From positions 1 through 43,136 of the forward strand of contig JBLNDL010000095.1 of assembly GCA_050261575.1 (NCBI GenBank): a stretch of 43,136 nucleotides of DNA, in the 5' to 3' direction. Shown here piece by piece: positions 35,636 to 43,136 of this stretch (positions within the stretch are counted from its first letter, which is position 1; each line of letters opens with the position of its first letter). The notes under the pieces were generated by a model that had not been told where the DNA came from, ran no database searches, and saw only the letters and a list, made by a program, of their open reading frames with translations. The stretch is from Sphingomonadaceae bacterium (lineage in GTDB: Bacteria; Chloroflexota; UBA6077). The translations under genes were made by a program, and so were the position numbers.

Positions 35636-35717
35636 GTCGCCTTCTCCATCGCTAGTGGGACCTCAATAGCTGAACTCCAGTTTCGGGGCGCTATTTGTCT
35701 CCCACTAATTGCATCCA

Positions 35718-36125
35718 CTACCAAACGTAGCAGAGGACCTCGCCGCCCACGTTCATCTGTCTGGCCTTCCGGCCACTCATGACGCCCGATGGGGTCGACA
35801 GGATCGCCACGCCGAGGCCGCCGTACACATTGGGAATCTCCTTGCTGCCCGTGTACACTCGCAACCCGGGCTTGCTGACCCGCTTGAGGCCGGTCAGCAC
35901 CGGCGCCTTCTTCCCCACGTACTTCAGGTGGATGCGGAAGCTCCTCGCCGCCTTCCCATTCTTCTCCCGCACCATCTCGAAATCGCGGATGAAGCCCTCT
36001 TCCTTCAGCACCCGCGCCACGGCAAGCTTCTCCCGCGAGAGCGGAACCACCACCGAGTCGTGTCGGGCCTGGGTTGCGTTCCGTATCCTGGTCAGCATGT
36101 CCCCGATCGGATCCGTTAAGTTCAT
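35718..36125 (-). CDS. rpsH: 30S ribosomal protein S8
   Basis: [30 protein letters not shown]. Confidence 0.97.
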   Translation of the reverse strand: MNLTDPIGDMLTRIRNATQARHDSVVVPLSREKLAVARVLKEEGFIRDFEMVREKNGKAARSFRIHLKYVGKKAPVLTGLKRVSKPGLRVYTGSKEIPNVYGGLGVAILSTPSGVMSGRKARQMNVGGEVLCYVW

Positions 36126-36171
36126 GTCACCTTCCTCAACAGTGCCGAAACGTCCTTGGTATACCCGCTGT

Positions 36172-36357
36172 CTACCAGCTCGACTTGGTGATACCAGGGA
36201 TCTCGCCCGCCAGCGCGAGCCTTCGGAAGCAGATCCTGCACATGCCGAACTTTCGCATGTAGGCCCTCGGTCGGCCGCACAGCGCGCATCGGTTGTGCTG
36301 CTGCACCTTGAATTTTGGCGGACGCGCGGCCTTAGCAATCAACGACTTCTTCGCCAA
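36172..36357 (-). CDS. rpsN: 30S ribosomal protein S14 (Zn-binding type Z)
   Basis: [25 protein letters not shown] start. Confidence 0.96.
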   Translation of the reverse strand: MAKKSLIAKAARPPKFKVQQHNRCALCGRPRAYMRKFGMCRICFRRLALAGEIPGITKSSW

Positions 36358-36395
36358 GCTTCTCTCCTTCATCCCCCTCTGAATTCCATCTGGCC

Positions 36396-36938
36396 CTAAG
36401 ACCGAGCAAAGGGAACACCGAGCAGCGCCAGCAACCGGCGGGATTCCTCATCCGTCCTGGCCGTGGTGACGATGCTGATCTCCATTCCCCGAACCTTGTC
36501 GATCTTGTCGTAGTCGATCTCGGGGAAAACCAGTTGCTCCTTCAGCCCGAGGGTGTAGTTGCCCCGACCGTCGAATGCCTTCGGCGATACCCCCTGGAAG
36601 TCTCGCAGCCGCGGCAGCGCTGCGTTGCACAGGCGATCCAGGAACTCCCACATCCGATCGCCACGCAGGGTCACCATGGCGCCGATCGGCATCCCAGTCC
36701 TAAGTCGGAAGGCCGCGATCGACCGCTTCGCTCGGGTGATCACAGGCCGCTGGCCAGTGATGTCCGAGAGGTCCTTGACGGCCGCATCCAACGCCTTCGC
36801 GTTGGTGATGGCCTCGCCCAGGCCGATGTTCACGACGATCTTCGCCAGGCGCGGGACCTGCATAGGGTTCTCGTACTTGAACTCTTCCTTGAGCGCAGGC
36901 ACCACCTCGCGCTCATACTTTTCCTTCAGCCGTGCCAT
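36396..36938 (-). CDS. rplE: 50S ribosomal protein L5
   Basis: [25 protein letters not shown]. Confidence 0.97.
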   Translation of the reverse strand: MARLKEKYEREVVPALKEEFKYENPMQVPRLAKIVVNIGLGEAITNAKALDAAVKDLSDITGQRPVITRAKRSIAAFRLRTGMPIGAMVTLRGDRMWEFLDRLCNAALPRLRDFQGVSPKAFDGRGNYTLGLKEQLVFPEIDYDKIDKVRGMEISIVTTARTDEESRRLLALLGVPFARS

Positions 36939-36994
36939 TCGCACTCTCCACTCAGCGAGTCAGCAGCCACAAAGAGGGCCATGTTGCCCACGCC

Positions 36995-37327
36995 CTAGCT
37001 CTTGGCGCCCCCTCGCTCTGGGATAACCTCGTTACACTCCTTGCAGAAGCGTACCTTCTTCCCGCTCTCGAGGAAGCGATACCCCACCCGCGTCTTGGCG
37101 TTGCACTCCGGACAAACGAGCATCACGTTCGACACGTGAATGGGCATCTCCACATCAATGATACCAGGCCGGCGCTTCGGATCGCCTCGCTTCACATGCT
37201 TCTTCGCGATGTTCAGTTCGGCGACGATCACCTTGTCCTTGGCCGGCAGCCCCTGTCGAACCTTGCCCCGCTTGCCCTTGTCCTTTCCCGCTATGATCTC
37301 GACGGTATCGTCGCGTCTGATCTTCAC
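36995..37327 (-). CDS. rplX: 50S ribosomal protein L24
   Basis: GKDKGKRG KOW motif, PIHVSNV. Confidence 0.96.
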   Translation of the reverse strand: MKIRRDDTVEIIAGKDKGKRGKVRQGLPAKDKVIVAELNIAKKHVKRGDPKRRPGIIDVEMPIHVSNVMLVCPECNAKTRVGYRFLESGKKVRFCKECNEVIPERGGAKS

Positions 37328-37358
37328 TGCTGTTACCCTCAAACGAAGCCTCGCCTGC

Positions 37359-37727
37359 CTACAGCACTTCCGGCGCCAGCGAGATGATCTTCATGTAGTT
37401 CTTCTCCCGAAGCTCCCTGGCCACGGGGCCGAAGATGCGGGTACCCTTCGGGTTGTTTCGGTCCGAAAGGATGACGGCGGCATTCTCGTCGAACCGGATG
37501 TAGGAGCCATCGGGTCTGCCATACTCCTTGGCGGTCCGCACGACGACGGCCTTGACCACGTCACCTTTCTTCACCGCCCCACCGGGAACAGCCTGCTTCA
37601 CCGACGCTACGATGACGTCGCCCACCGTCGCGTATGGCTTCGCCCCACCGCCCAGCACACGAATGCACATGAGCTGCCTGGCCCCTGTGTTGTCTGCTAC
37701 TTTCAAACGCGTCTGCGGTCGAATCAT
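37359..37727 (-). CDS. rplN: 50S ribosomal protein L14
   Basis: [26 protein letters not shown]. Confidence 0.97.
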   Translation of the reverse strand: MIRPQTRLKVADNTGARQLMCIRVLGGGAKPYATVGDVIVASVKQAVPGGAVKKGDVVKAVVVRTAKEYGRPDGSYIRFDENAAVILSDRNNPKGTRIFGPVARELREKNYMKIISLAPEVL

Positions 37728-37802
37728 CAGATCTCGCTCCTCGTCACACTCTGTCTGACCGGGCAGGCGGAGCCGTAAGCGACCGGTAGCGCCCGATCAA
37801 AC

Positions 37803-38093
37803 CTACAGACGAGCCCCCTCCTCGTGCCGGAGGATCTCCTCCACGGTCCACCGCTTCTCCTTGCTGAGCGGCCGGGTCTCTCGGATCCGCACGCGGTCTC
37901 CCACCTTGCAGCGGTTCTCCTCGTCGTGAGCCTTGTACTTCTTGTGAATGCGCATCGTCTTGCCGTACAGGGGATGGCGCTTCACGGTCTCCACCGACAC
38001 GACGACAGTCTTGTCCATCTTGTCGCTCACGACAACGCCTTCTCTTGACTTCCGCCTGCCGACGTGCCCGACAGCAATCTGGTTGTTAGTCAT
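37803..38093 (-). CDS. rpsQ: 30S ribosomal protein S17
   Basis: [25 protein letters not shown]. Confidence 0.96.
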   Translation of the reverse strand: MTNNQIAVGHVGRRKSREGVVVSDKMDKTVVVSVETVKRHPLYGKTMRIHKKYKAHDEENRCKVGDRVRIRETRPLSKEKRWTVEEILRHEEGARL

Positions 38094-38295
38094 GGCTTGC
38101 TGCTTTCTCCAGCTCCAACTGTCGTTCCCAGGTCTTGAGACGGGCGATATCCTTGCGGACCTCACGGATGCGCGCGGTGTTGCTCAACTGGCGCGAGGCC
38201 TGCTGCAGCCGAAGCCTGAACAGCTCCTCCAGACTCTCCCGTATCTTCGCCCGGACCTCATCCTCGCTGAGGTTACGCACTTCCGATGGCTTCAT
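38086..38295 (-). CDS. rpmC: 50S ribosomal protein L29
   Basis: [21 protein letters not shown]; operon position. Confidence 0.95.
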   Translation of the reverse strand: MKPSEVRNLSEDEVRAKIRESLEELFRLRLQQASRQLSNTARIREVRKDIARLKTWERQLELEKAASHD

Positions 38296-38713
38296 TCGTC
38301 GGTGCTTCCTCTCTCATCAAGAACTTCGTCTGGATAGGCAGTTTGTGCGCGGCCAGCCTCAACGCCTCTCGGGCCGCCTCCTCGCCTACCCCCGCTACTT
38401 CGAACATGACGCGGCCGGGCTTCACCACCGCCACCCAGTGATCGGGCGCACCTTTTCCACTGCCCATGCGGGTCTCCGCGGGCTTCTTCGTCACCGAGTG
38501 ATCAGGAAAGATTCGAATCCAGACCTTCCCACCACGCTTCAGATGGTGGGTGATGGTGCGACGGGCCGCCTCGATCTGTCGAGCAGTCACCCAGCCAGCC
38601 TCCTGCGCCTGGAGGCCATACTCCCCAAAGGTTACGCTTACACCGCCTTTGGCCATGCCGTCCATGTGCCCGCGGTGGACCTTCCTATGCTTAACCCGCT
38701 TCGGCTGTAACAT
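38273..38713 (-). CDS. rplP: 50S ribosomal protein L16
   Basis: [25 protein letters not shown]. Confidence 0.97.
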   Translation of the reverse strand: MLQPKRVKHRKVHRGHMDGMAKGGVSVTFGEYGLQAQEAGWVTARQIEAARRTITHHLKRGGKVWIRIFPDHSVTKKPAETRMGSGKGAPDHWVAVVKPGRVMFEVAGVGEEAAREALRLAAHKLPIQTKFLMREEAPTNEAIGSA

Positions 38714-38733
38714 CGACTTACTCCCCGAAACCT

Positions 38734-38823
38734 GTAGCCGCAACCTTCAGGTTGCGCGCAGACTCCCTCTCGCCAGCCGGCCGCTCCCGCACCGGAGACG
38801 CGCATGCTGAAGCCCGCGGCTAC
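38734..38823. repeat. GTAG-family REP doublet (REPIN-like)
   Basis: GTAGCCGCAACCTTCAGGTTGCG ... CGCATGCTGAAGCCCGCGGCTAC in inverted orientation. Confidence 0.7.
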
Positions 38824-38839
38824 GCTGGTGGTCTGACCC

Positions 38840-39526
38840 CTAAGCCCCGGCCGGTGCCGGCGTGGCCGCGCCCGGCTCGGCCGCCTTTACCTCTTTCGCC
38901 GGAGGCAGGACATCGCCCTTGTAGATCCAGACCTTCACGCCCACCACACCGAAGGTGGTCAGCGCCTCCGCCTGGCCGAAGTCGATGTCGGCCCGAAGTG
39001 TGTGAAGAGGAACGCGGCCCTCGCGCTCCCACTCCCGACGGGACATCTCGGCACCACCCAGCCGGCCGGAGGTGGTGACCCTGATGCCCTTGGCACCAGC
39101 CTTCATCGAGCGCGCCACCGCCTGCTTCATGGCTCGCCGGAAGGCGACCCTCTTCTCCAACTGCTCCGCAACGCTACGAGCAACCAGGGTCGCGTCCAAC
39201 TCCGGTTGGCGGATCTCCTGGATGGTCACTCGCACCTTCTTCCCGGTGAGCGCCTCCAGCTCACGACGCAACTCCTCCACCTTGGCGCCGCTCTTGCCAA
39301 TAACGATCCCGGGCTTCGCCGAGTGGATCGTAATCGTCATTTGGTTGGCAGAGCGCTCGATGTCCACACGCGGTACGCCGGCATCAAACAGCCGCTTCAT
39401 CAACATCCGTCGTACACGGAGATCTTCGTGCAACAGATCCGTGTAGTCCTTATCCGCGTACCACTTGCTCTGCCAGTCCTTGATCACTCCCAAACGGAAG
39501 CCAACCGGATGGACTTTCTGACCCAC
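38840..39526 (-). CDS. rpsC: 30S ribosomal protein S3
   Basis: [24 protein letters not shown]. Confidence 0.97.
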   Translation of the reverse strand: MGQKVHPVGFRLGVIKDWQSKWYADKDYTDLLHEDLRVRRMLMKRLFDAGVPRVDIERSANQMTITIHSAKPGIVIGKSGAKVEELRRELEALTGKKVRVTIQEIRQPELDATLVARSVAEQLEKRVAFRRAMKQAVARSMKAGAKGIRVTTSGRLGGAEMSRREWEREGRVPLHTLRADIDFGQAEALTTFGVVGVKVWIYKGDVLPPAKEVKAAEPGAATPAPAGA

Positions 39527-39529
39527 TAG

Positions 39530-39868
39530 CTATGCCTCCCTCTCCTTAACCACCACCGTTATGTGGCTGGAGCGCTTGATGATGGGGGCCGCTCTCCCCC
39601 TGGCCCTCGCCCGGTACCGCTTGAGGCTCCGGCCGGGGTCAGCTACCACTTGCGCCACGTACAGATCGTCGGTAGATAGGTTGTAGTTGTTCTCTGCGTT
39701 GGCCGCCGCCGACTTCACCGCCTTCGCTATCGGATCCCCAGCCTTGTTGGGGATCAGCAGCAGCGCGGCCATGGCCTCACGCACGCTCTTTCCCTTAATG
39801 GCGTTGCCAACCAGACGCACCTTCCTCGGCGACATCCGGATGTGCCTCGCGATTGCCCGTACTTCCAT
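39530..39868 (-). CDS. rplV: 50S ribosomal protein L22
   Basis: SPRKVRLV, SAAANA, RARGRA, SHITVVV. Confidence 0.97.
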   Translation of the reverse strand: MEVRAIARHIRMSPRKVRLVGNAIKGKSVREAMAALLLIPNKAGDPIAKAVKSAAANAENNYNLSTDDLYVAQVVADPGRSLKRYRARARGRAAPIIKRSSHITVVVKEREA

Positions 39869-39877
39869 CGCCTTCTC

Positions 39878-40162
39878 CTATCGCACCGAGGTCGACTTCT
39901 CGCCTCGGGCCACATGACCGCGGAAGTGGCGGGTGGGCGCAAACTCCCCTAGCTTATGACCCACCATGTTCTCGCTGATGTATATCGGCACGTGCCTGCG
40001 GCCATCGTGCACCGCAATGGTGTGCCCAACCATCTGAGGGAAGATGGTGGAATCCCTCGACCAGGTCCTGATGACCCGGCGCTCGCCTGTGGCGTTCAGC
40101 ACCTCTATCTTCCTCAGCAGCCGTCCGTCGACGTACGGCCCCTTCTTCAGAGAACGGGACAT
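39878..40162 (-). CDS. rpsS: 30S ribosomal protein S19
   Basis: [21 protein letters not shown]. Confidence 0.97.
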   Translation of the reverse strand: MSRSLKKGPYVDGRLLRKIEVLNATGERRVIRTWSRDSTIFPQMVGHTIAVHDGRRHVPIYISENMVGHKLGEFAPTRHFRGHVARGEKSTSVR

Positions 40163-40196
40163 CCTCACCTCCCAGCTAAGTAGGTATGCGGACTAC

Positions 40197-41021
40197 CTAC
40201 TTCTTCCTCGGCTTAACGATCAGGTCGCTGCCCAGCTTCCGCCTGCGGGTCTTGTACCCCATGGCGGGCTTCCCCCAAGGGGTCTGAGGCTGGCCGCCGA
40301 TCGGCGCCTTCCCCTCACCACCGCCATGCGGGTGATCCCGCGGCGTCATCGCGGAGCCTCGGACCGTCGGACGGATGCCCAGGTGCCTCGTGCGCCCCGC
40401 CTTGCCCAGCTTGATCAGGCCGTGATCGACGTTCCCCACCTGGCCCACCGTGGCCTTGCAGCGAGTGCTCACGATCCTGACCTCGCCGGATGGGAGTCGT
40501 ACCTGGGCCCTCTCGCCGTCTTTCGCCATCAACTGCGCCACGGTACCGGCGCTCCGAACCAGTTGCGCCCCTCGCCCAGGGTTCAACTCGATGCTGTGGA
40601 TCTGCGTGCCGACAGGAATCGCGCTCAGCGGCAGGGTATTGCCCGGGCTCAGCTCCGCATCGGGGCCCGATACGATGGTGGCGCCCACCTTCAGACCGTT
40701 GGTGGCGATCACGTACCGCCTCTCGCCGTCCTCGAATCGCACGAGGGCGATGCGGGCCGAGCGATTCGGATCGTACTCGATCGACTCGACCACGGCGGGC
40801 ATCCCCACCTTGTCTCGCTTCAGGTCGATAATGCGGTACTTGCGCTTTGCGCCCCCGCCCCTGTGGCGCACCGTGATGCGGCCGTTGGCATTCCGGCCCG
40901 CCTTCTTCTTCAAGGGAGCGGTCAGCGACTTCTCCGGCTCGGTCCTGGTGATCTCTTCGAACGTCAAGCCGGTCATCCCCCGCCGGCCAGGCGACGTCGG
41001 CTTATAAGCTTTGATAGGCAC
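40197..41021 (-). CDS. rplB: 50S ribosomal protein L2
   Basis: [17 protein letters not shown]. Confidence 0.97.
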   Translation of the reverse strand: MPIKAYKPTSPGRRGMTGLTFEEITRTEPEKSLTAPLKKKAGRNANGRITVRHRGGGAKRKYRIIDLKRDKVGMPAVVESIEYDPNRSARIALVRFEDGERRYVIATNGLKVGATIVSGPDAELSPGNTLPLSAIPVGTQIHSIELNPGRGAQLVRSAGTVAQLMAKDGERAQVRLPSGEVRIVSTRCKATVGQVGNVDHGLIKLGKAGRTRHLGIRPTVRGSAMTPRDHPHGGGEGKAPIGGQPQTPWGKPAMGYKTRRRKLGSDLIVKPRKK

Positions 41022-41034
41022 TGCCGATTCCTCC

Positions 41035-41322
41035 CTAGACTCCCTCGTACAACTCCTCGATCCGCTGGCCAGGCTTGAGAGTAACGATAGCCTTCTTCCA
41101 GCTCGACGTCATGCCCTTCCGCCGACCGATGCCTCGCTCTCTCGGATGGATGTTCACCACGTTCACGTCGGCCACTTCGACCTTGAAGATCTTCTGAACC
41201 GCCTCGCGGATCTGGACCTTGTTGGCCTCTCGGGCAACCTGGAAGGTGTACTTCCCCTGCGCGAGCTGGGCGGTGTTCTTCTCGGTGATCAGCGGCTTGA
41301 TGATTACCTGCCAGATCTCCAT
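41035..41322 (-). CDS. rplW: 50S ribosomal protein L23
   Basis: [14 protein letters not shown]. Confidence 0.96.
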   Translation of the reverse strand: MEIWQVIIKPLITEKNTAQLAQGKYTFQVAREANKVQIREAVQKIFKVEVADVNVVNIHPRERGIGRRKGMTSSWKKAIVTLKPGQRIEELYEGV

Positions 41323-41324
41323 GA

Positions 41325-41954
41325 TTACTGCACCCCCAACCACTCGGTCACCGAGTTCACCGCGTCGACGGTCATCACCACCTTGTCACGGCTCAGCAGG
41401 TCCAGCAGGTTCATCGACCCGGGAGTCACCGCCATCACCTCGGGCAGGTTCCTTGCTGCCCTCATGATCTCCTCGTTCCTCTCGGGCAGGACGATCATCG
41501 CCTTCCCGTCGACACCGAGGCCCGCGAGCGCCGCGGCCATCTCCTTGGTCTTCGGGCTGGCGATCTCCAGCCGGTCCACCACCAGCAGCCGATCCTCGGC
41601 TACCGTCGCAGAGAGCACGGACCGGAGGGCAAGCCTCCTCATCTTCCTGGGCAGAGCCTGAGCGTAGCTGCGGGGATGCGGACCGAAAGCCACGCCTCCA
41701 CCCTTCCAATGCGGGGCTCGGCGGCTGCCCTGCCTGGCTCGCCCGGTGCCCTTCTGTCGCCATAGCTTCGACCCGGAGGCGTTGACTTCGCCGCGAGTCT
41801 TCGTATCCGCGGTTCCTCGCCGCGCGTTGGCCTGCTGGCAAACCACAGCCTGATGCACCACCGCGGCGTTCGGCTCGATTCCAAAAACGTACTCGTTCAG
41901 TTCAATCTGGCCAACGACTTCGCCAGCCATGTTCAGGACATCGACCTGCGGCAT
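41325..41954 (-). CDS. rplD: 50S ribosomal protein L4
   Basis: QKGTGRARQGS, GGGVAFGP. Confidence 0.97.
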   Translation of the reverse strand: MPQVDVLNMAGEVVGQIELNEYVFGIEPNAAVVHQAVVCQQANARRGTADTKTRGEVNASGSKLWRQKGTGRARQGSRRAPHWKGGGVAFGPHPRSYAQALPRKMRRLALRSVLSATVAEDRLLVVDRLEIASPKTKEMAAALAGLGVDGKAMIVLPERNEEIMRAARNLPEVMAVTPGSMNLLDLLSRDKVVMTVDAVNSVTEWLGVQ

Positions 41955-41959
41955 TCCCG

Positions 41960-42592
41960 TCACCCCTCCTGCCTGCCGGCGCCGCGAATCACCACCAGGC
42001 CTCGGGCCGCGCCGGGAACCGCCCCCTCGACGGTCAGCAGGTTCCGCTCCGGATCGGACCGAACCACCCTGAGGTTCTTCACAGTGACCTGCACATCGCC
42101 GGAATGCCCGGCCATCCGGGTCCCCTTCAGCACTCGTCCAGGCGTGGCGGACGATCCGATGGAGCCAGGCGCACGGTGCCTGTCGGACTGGCCGTGTGTC
42201 TTGGGCCCCCCTCCGAAGCCATGGCGCTTCACCACACCGGTGAAACCACGCCCCTTGCTGGCACCGGTGATGGACACCCTGTCGCCTTCCTTGAACATCC
42301 CCACGTCCAACTTGTCCCCGACCTTGGCCTCTGTGGCCTCGTCCAGGCGGATCTCCATCAGATGCCTCAGGGGAGGAAGGCCGTTCTTCTGAAGGTGCCC
42401 TCGCTCCGGCTTGTTCAGCTTCCGGCTCTCTTCGAAGCCAATCTGAACCGCCTCATATCCGTCCGTCTCGGTCGACTTGACCTGAGTCACGTAGCAGGGC
42501 CCAACTTCCAGGACGGTCACCGCGACCATCCCTCTCCCTTCCTCGAAAACCCGGGTCATGCCGACCTTCCGGCCCATGATTCCTTTGATCAT
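41960..42592 (-). CDS. rplC: 50S ribosomal protein L3
   Basis: [28 protein letters not shown]. Confidence 0.97.
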   Translation of the reverse strand: MIKGIMGRKVGMTRVFEEGRGMVAVTVLEVGPCYVTQVKSTETDGYEAVQIGFEESRKLNKPERGHLQKNGLPPLRHLMEIRLDEATEAKVGDKLDVGMFKEGDRVSITGASKGRGFTGVVKRHGFGGGPKTHGQSDRHRAPGSIGSSATPGRVLKGTRMAGHSGDVQVTVKNLRVVRSDPERNLLTVEGAVPGAARGLVVIRGAGRQEG

Positions 42593-42610
42593 GCGCTACC
42601 CCCCAGTCGA

Positions 42611-42682
42611 GCCGTCAGCTTTAACTGTCAGCTATCAGCAATGGAGCCCCGCTGACAGCTTCTGTCTGATAGCCGACCGCTA
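42611..42682. repeat. Heptamer inverted-repeat element, family B
   Basis: GCCGTCA GCTTTA ACTGTCA GCTATCA GC ... GCTGACA GCTTCTG TCTGATA GCCGACC GCTA. Confidence 0.8.
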
Positions 42683-42991
42683 CTACAGCTTGATTTCTAT
42701 GTCGACTCCGGCCGGCAGGTTCAGCCTGGTTAGCGCATCGATCGTCTTCGACGTGGGCTCAAGCACGTCTATCAGCCGCTTGTGGGTCCTGATCTCGAAC
42801 TGCTCCCGCGAGTCCTTGTCGATGAAGGGCGAGCGTATGACGGTGTACTTCTCGATCTTGGTCGGCAGGGGCACAGGCCCTGCTACCGCCGCTCCCGTCC
42901 GCTCGGCCGTGTCCACTATCTGTGCGGCTGATTGATCTAAGATCCTGTGATCGAACGCCTTCAGGCGAATGCGGATCCGCTGCTTTGGCAT
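42683..42991 (-). CDS. rpsJ: 30S ribosomal protein S10
   Basis: [24 protein letters not shown]. Confidence 0.97.
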   Translation of the reverse strand: MPKQRIRIRLKAFDHRILDQSAAQIVDTAERTGAAVAGPVPLPTKIEKYTVIRSPFIDKDSREQFEIRTHKRLIDVLEPTSKTIDALTRLNLPAGVDIEIKL

Positions 42992-43016
42992 CTCTTCCTC
43001 TCGGTTTCTCGGGTAC

Positions 43017-43136
43017 CTAATCCAAAACCTTGGTGACGGCTCCGGCACCCACCGTGCGACCACCCTCGCGGATTGCGAACCGCAACCCCTCTTCCAGCGC
43101 GATCGGCTGGATCAGCTCGATCTCCATCTGCACGTT
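43017..43136 (-). CDS. tuf: Elongation factor Tu, C-terminal fragment (truncated by window edge)
   Basis: Hand-translated ..[29 protein letters not shown]. Confidence 0.95.
   Translation of the reverse strand, partial: NVQMEIELIQPIALEEGLRFAIREGGRTVGAGAVTKVLD

Noticed and set aside
36172..37327. Zn-binding Cys motifs in S14 and L24 (also S4, L36, Adk)
   Set aside because: Ordinary C+ forms of these proteins.

Overview
GC-rich bacterial chromosome segment, probably Chloroflexota (inferred from ribosomal protein and SecY sequence style; no search run). Three blocks. (1) 1-3400: a repeat- and structure-rich leader with a sigma54-type promoter, then a ThDP-dependent enzyme and a DapA-family aldolase. 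(2) 3403-24676: an acyl-CoA catabolic island. A long minus-strand run encodes an isobutyryl-CoA-mutase-type B12 mutase (large and small subunits), MeaB, a membrane Fe-S ETF:quinone oxidoreductase (EMO/FadF-like), EtfB/A, two closely related acyl-CoA dehydrogenases, a canonical thiolase, a Cys-less thiolase-like protein with a DUF35-SCP2 partner, and a complete 2-oxoacid dehydrogenase complex. A divergent operon encodes a FabK/NMO-like flavoprotein, crotonase and 3-hydroxybutyryl-CoA dehydrogenase, followed by a UbiA-family gene. (3) 25972-43136: the S10-spc-alpha ribosomal superoperon from the tuf 3' end to rpsI. The most notable unexplained signals are two families of 7-nt-periodic inverted-repeat elements placed right at stop codons inside operons (one family seen only in the catabolic operon, the other only in the ribosomal operon), several REP-like doublets, and a tandem pair of tyrosine-recombinase-like sites at the left edge. 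No CRISPR array, rRNA, tRNA or transposase was found. Start codons were chosen by eye from SD motifs and family N-termini.
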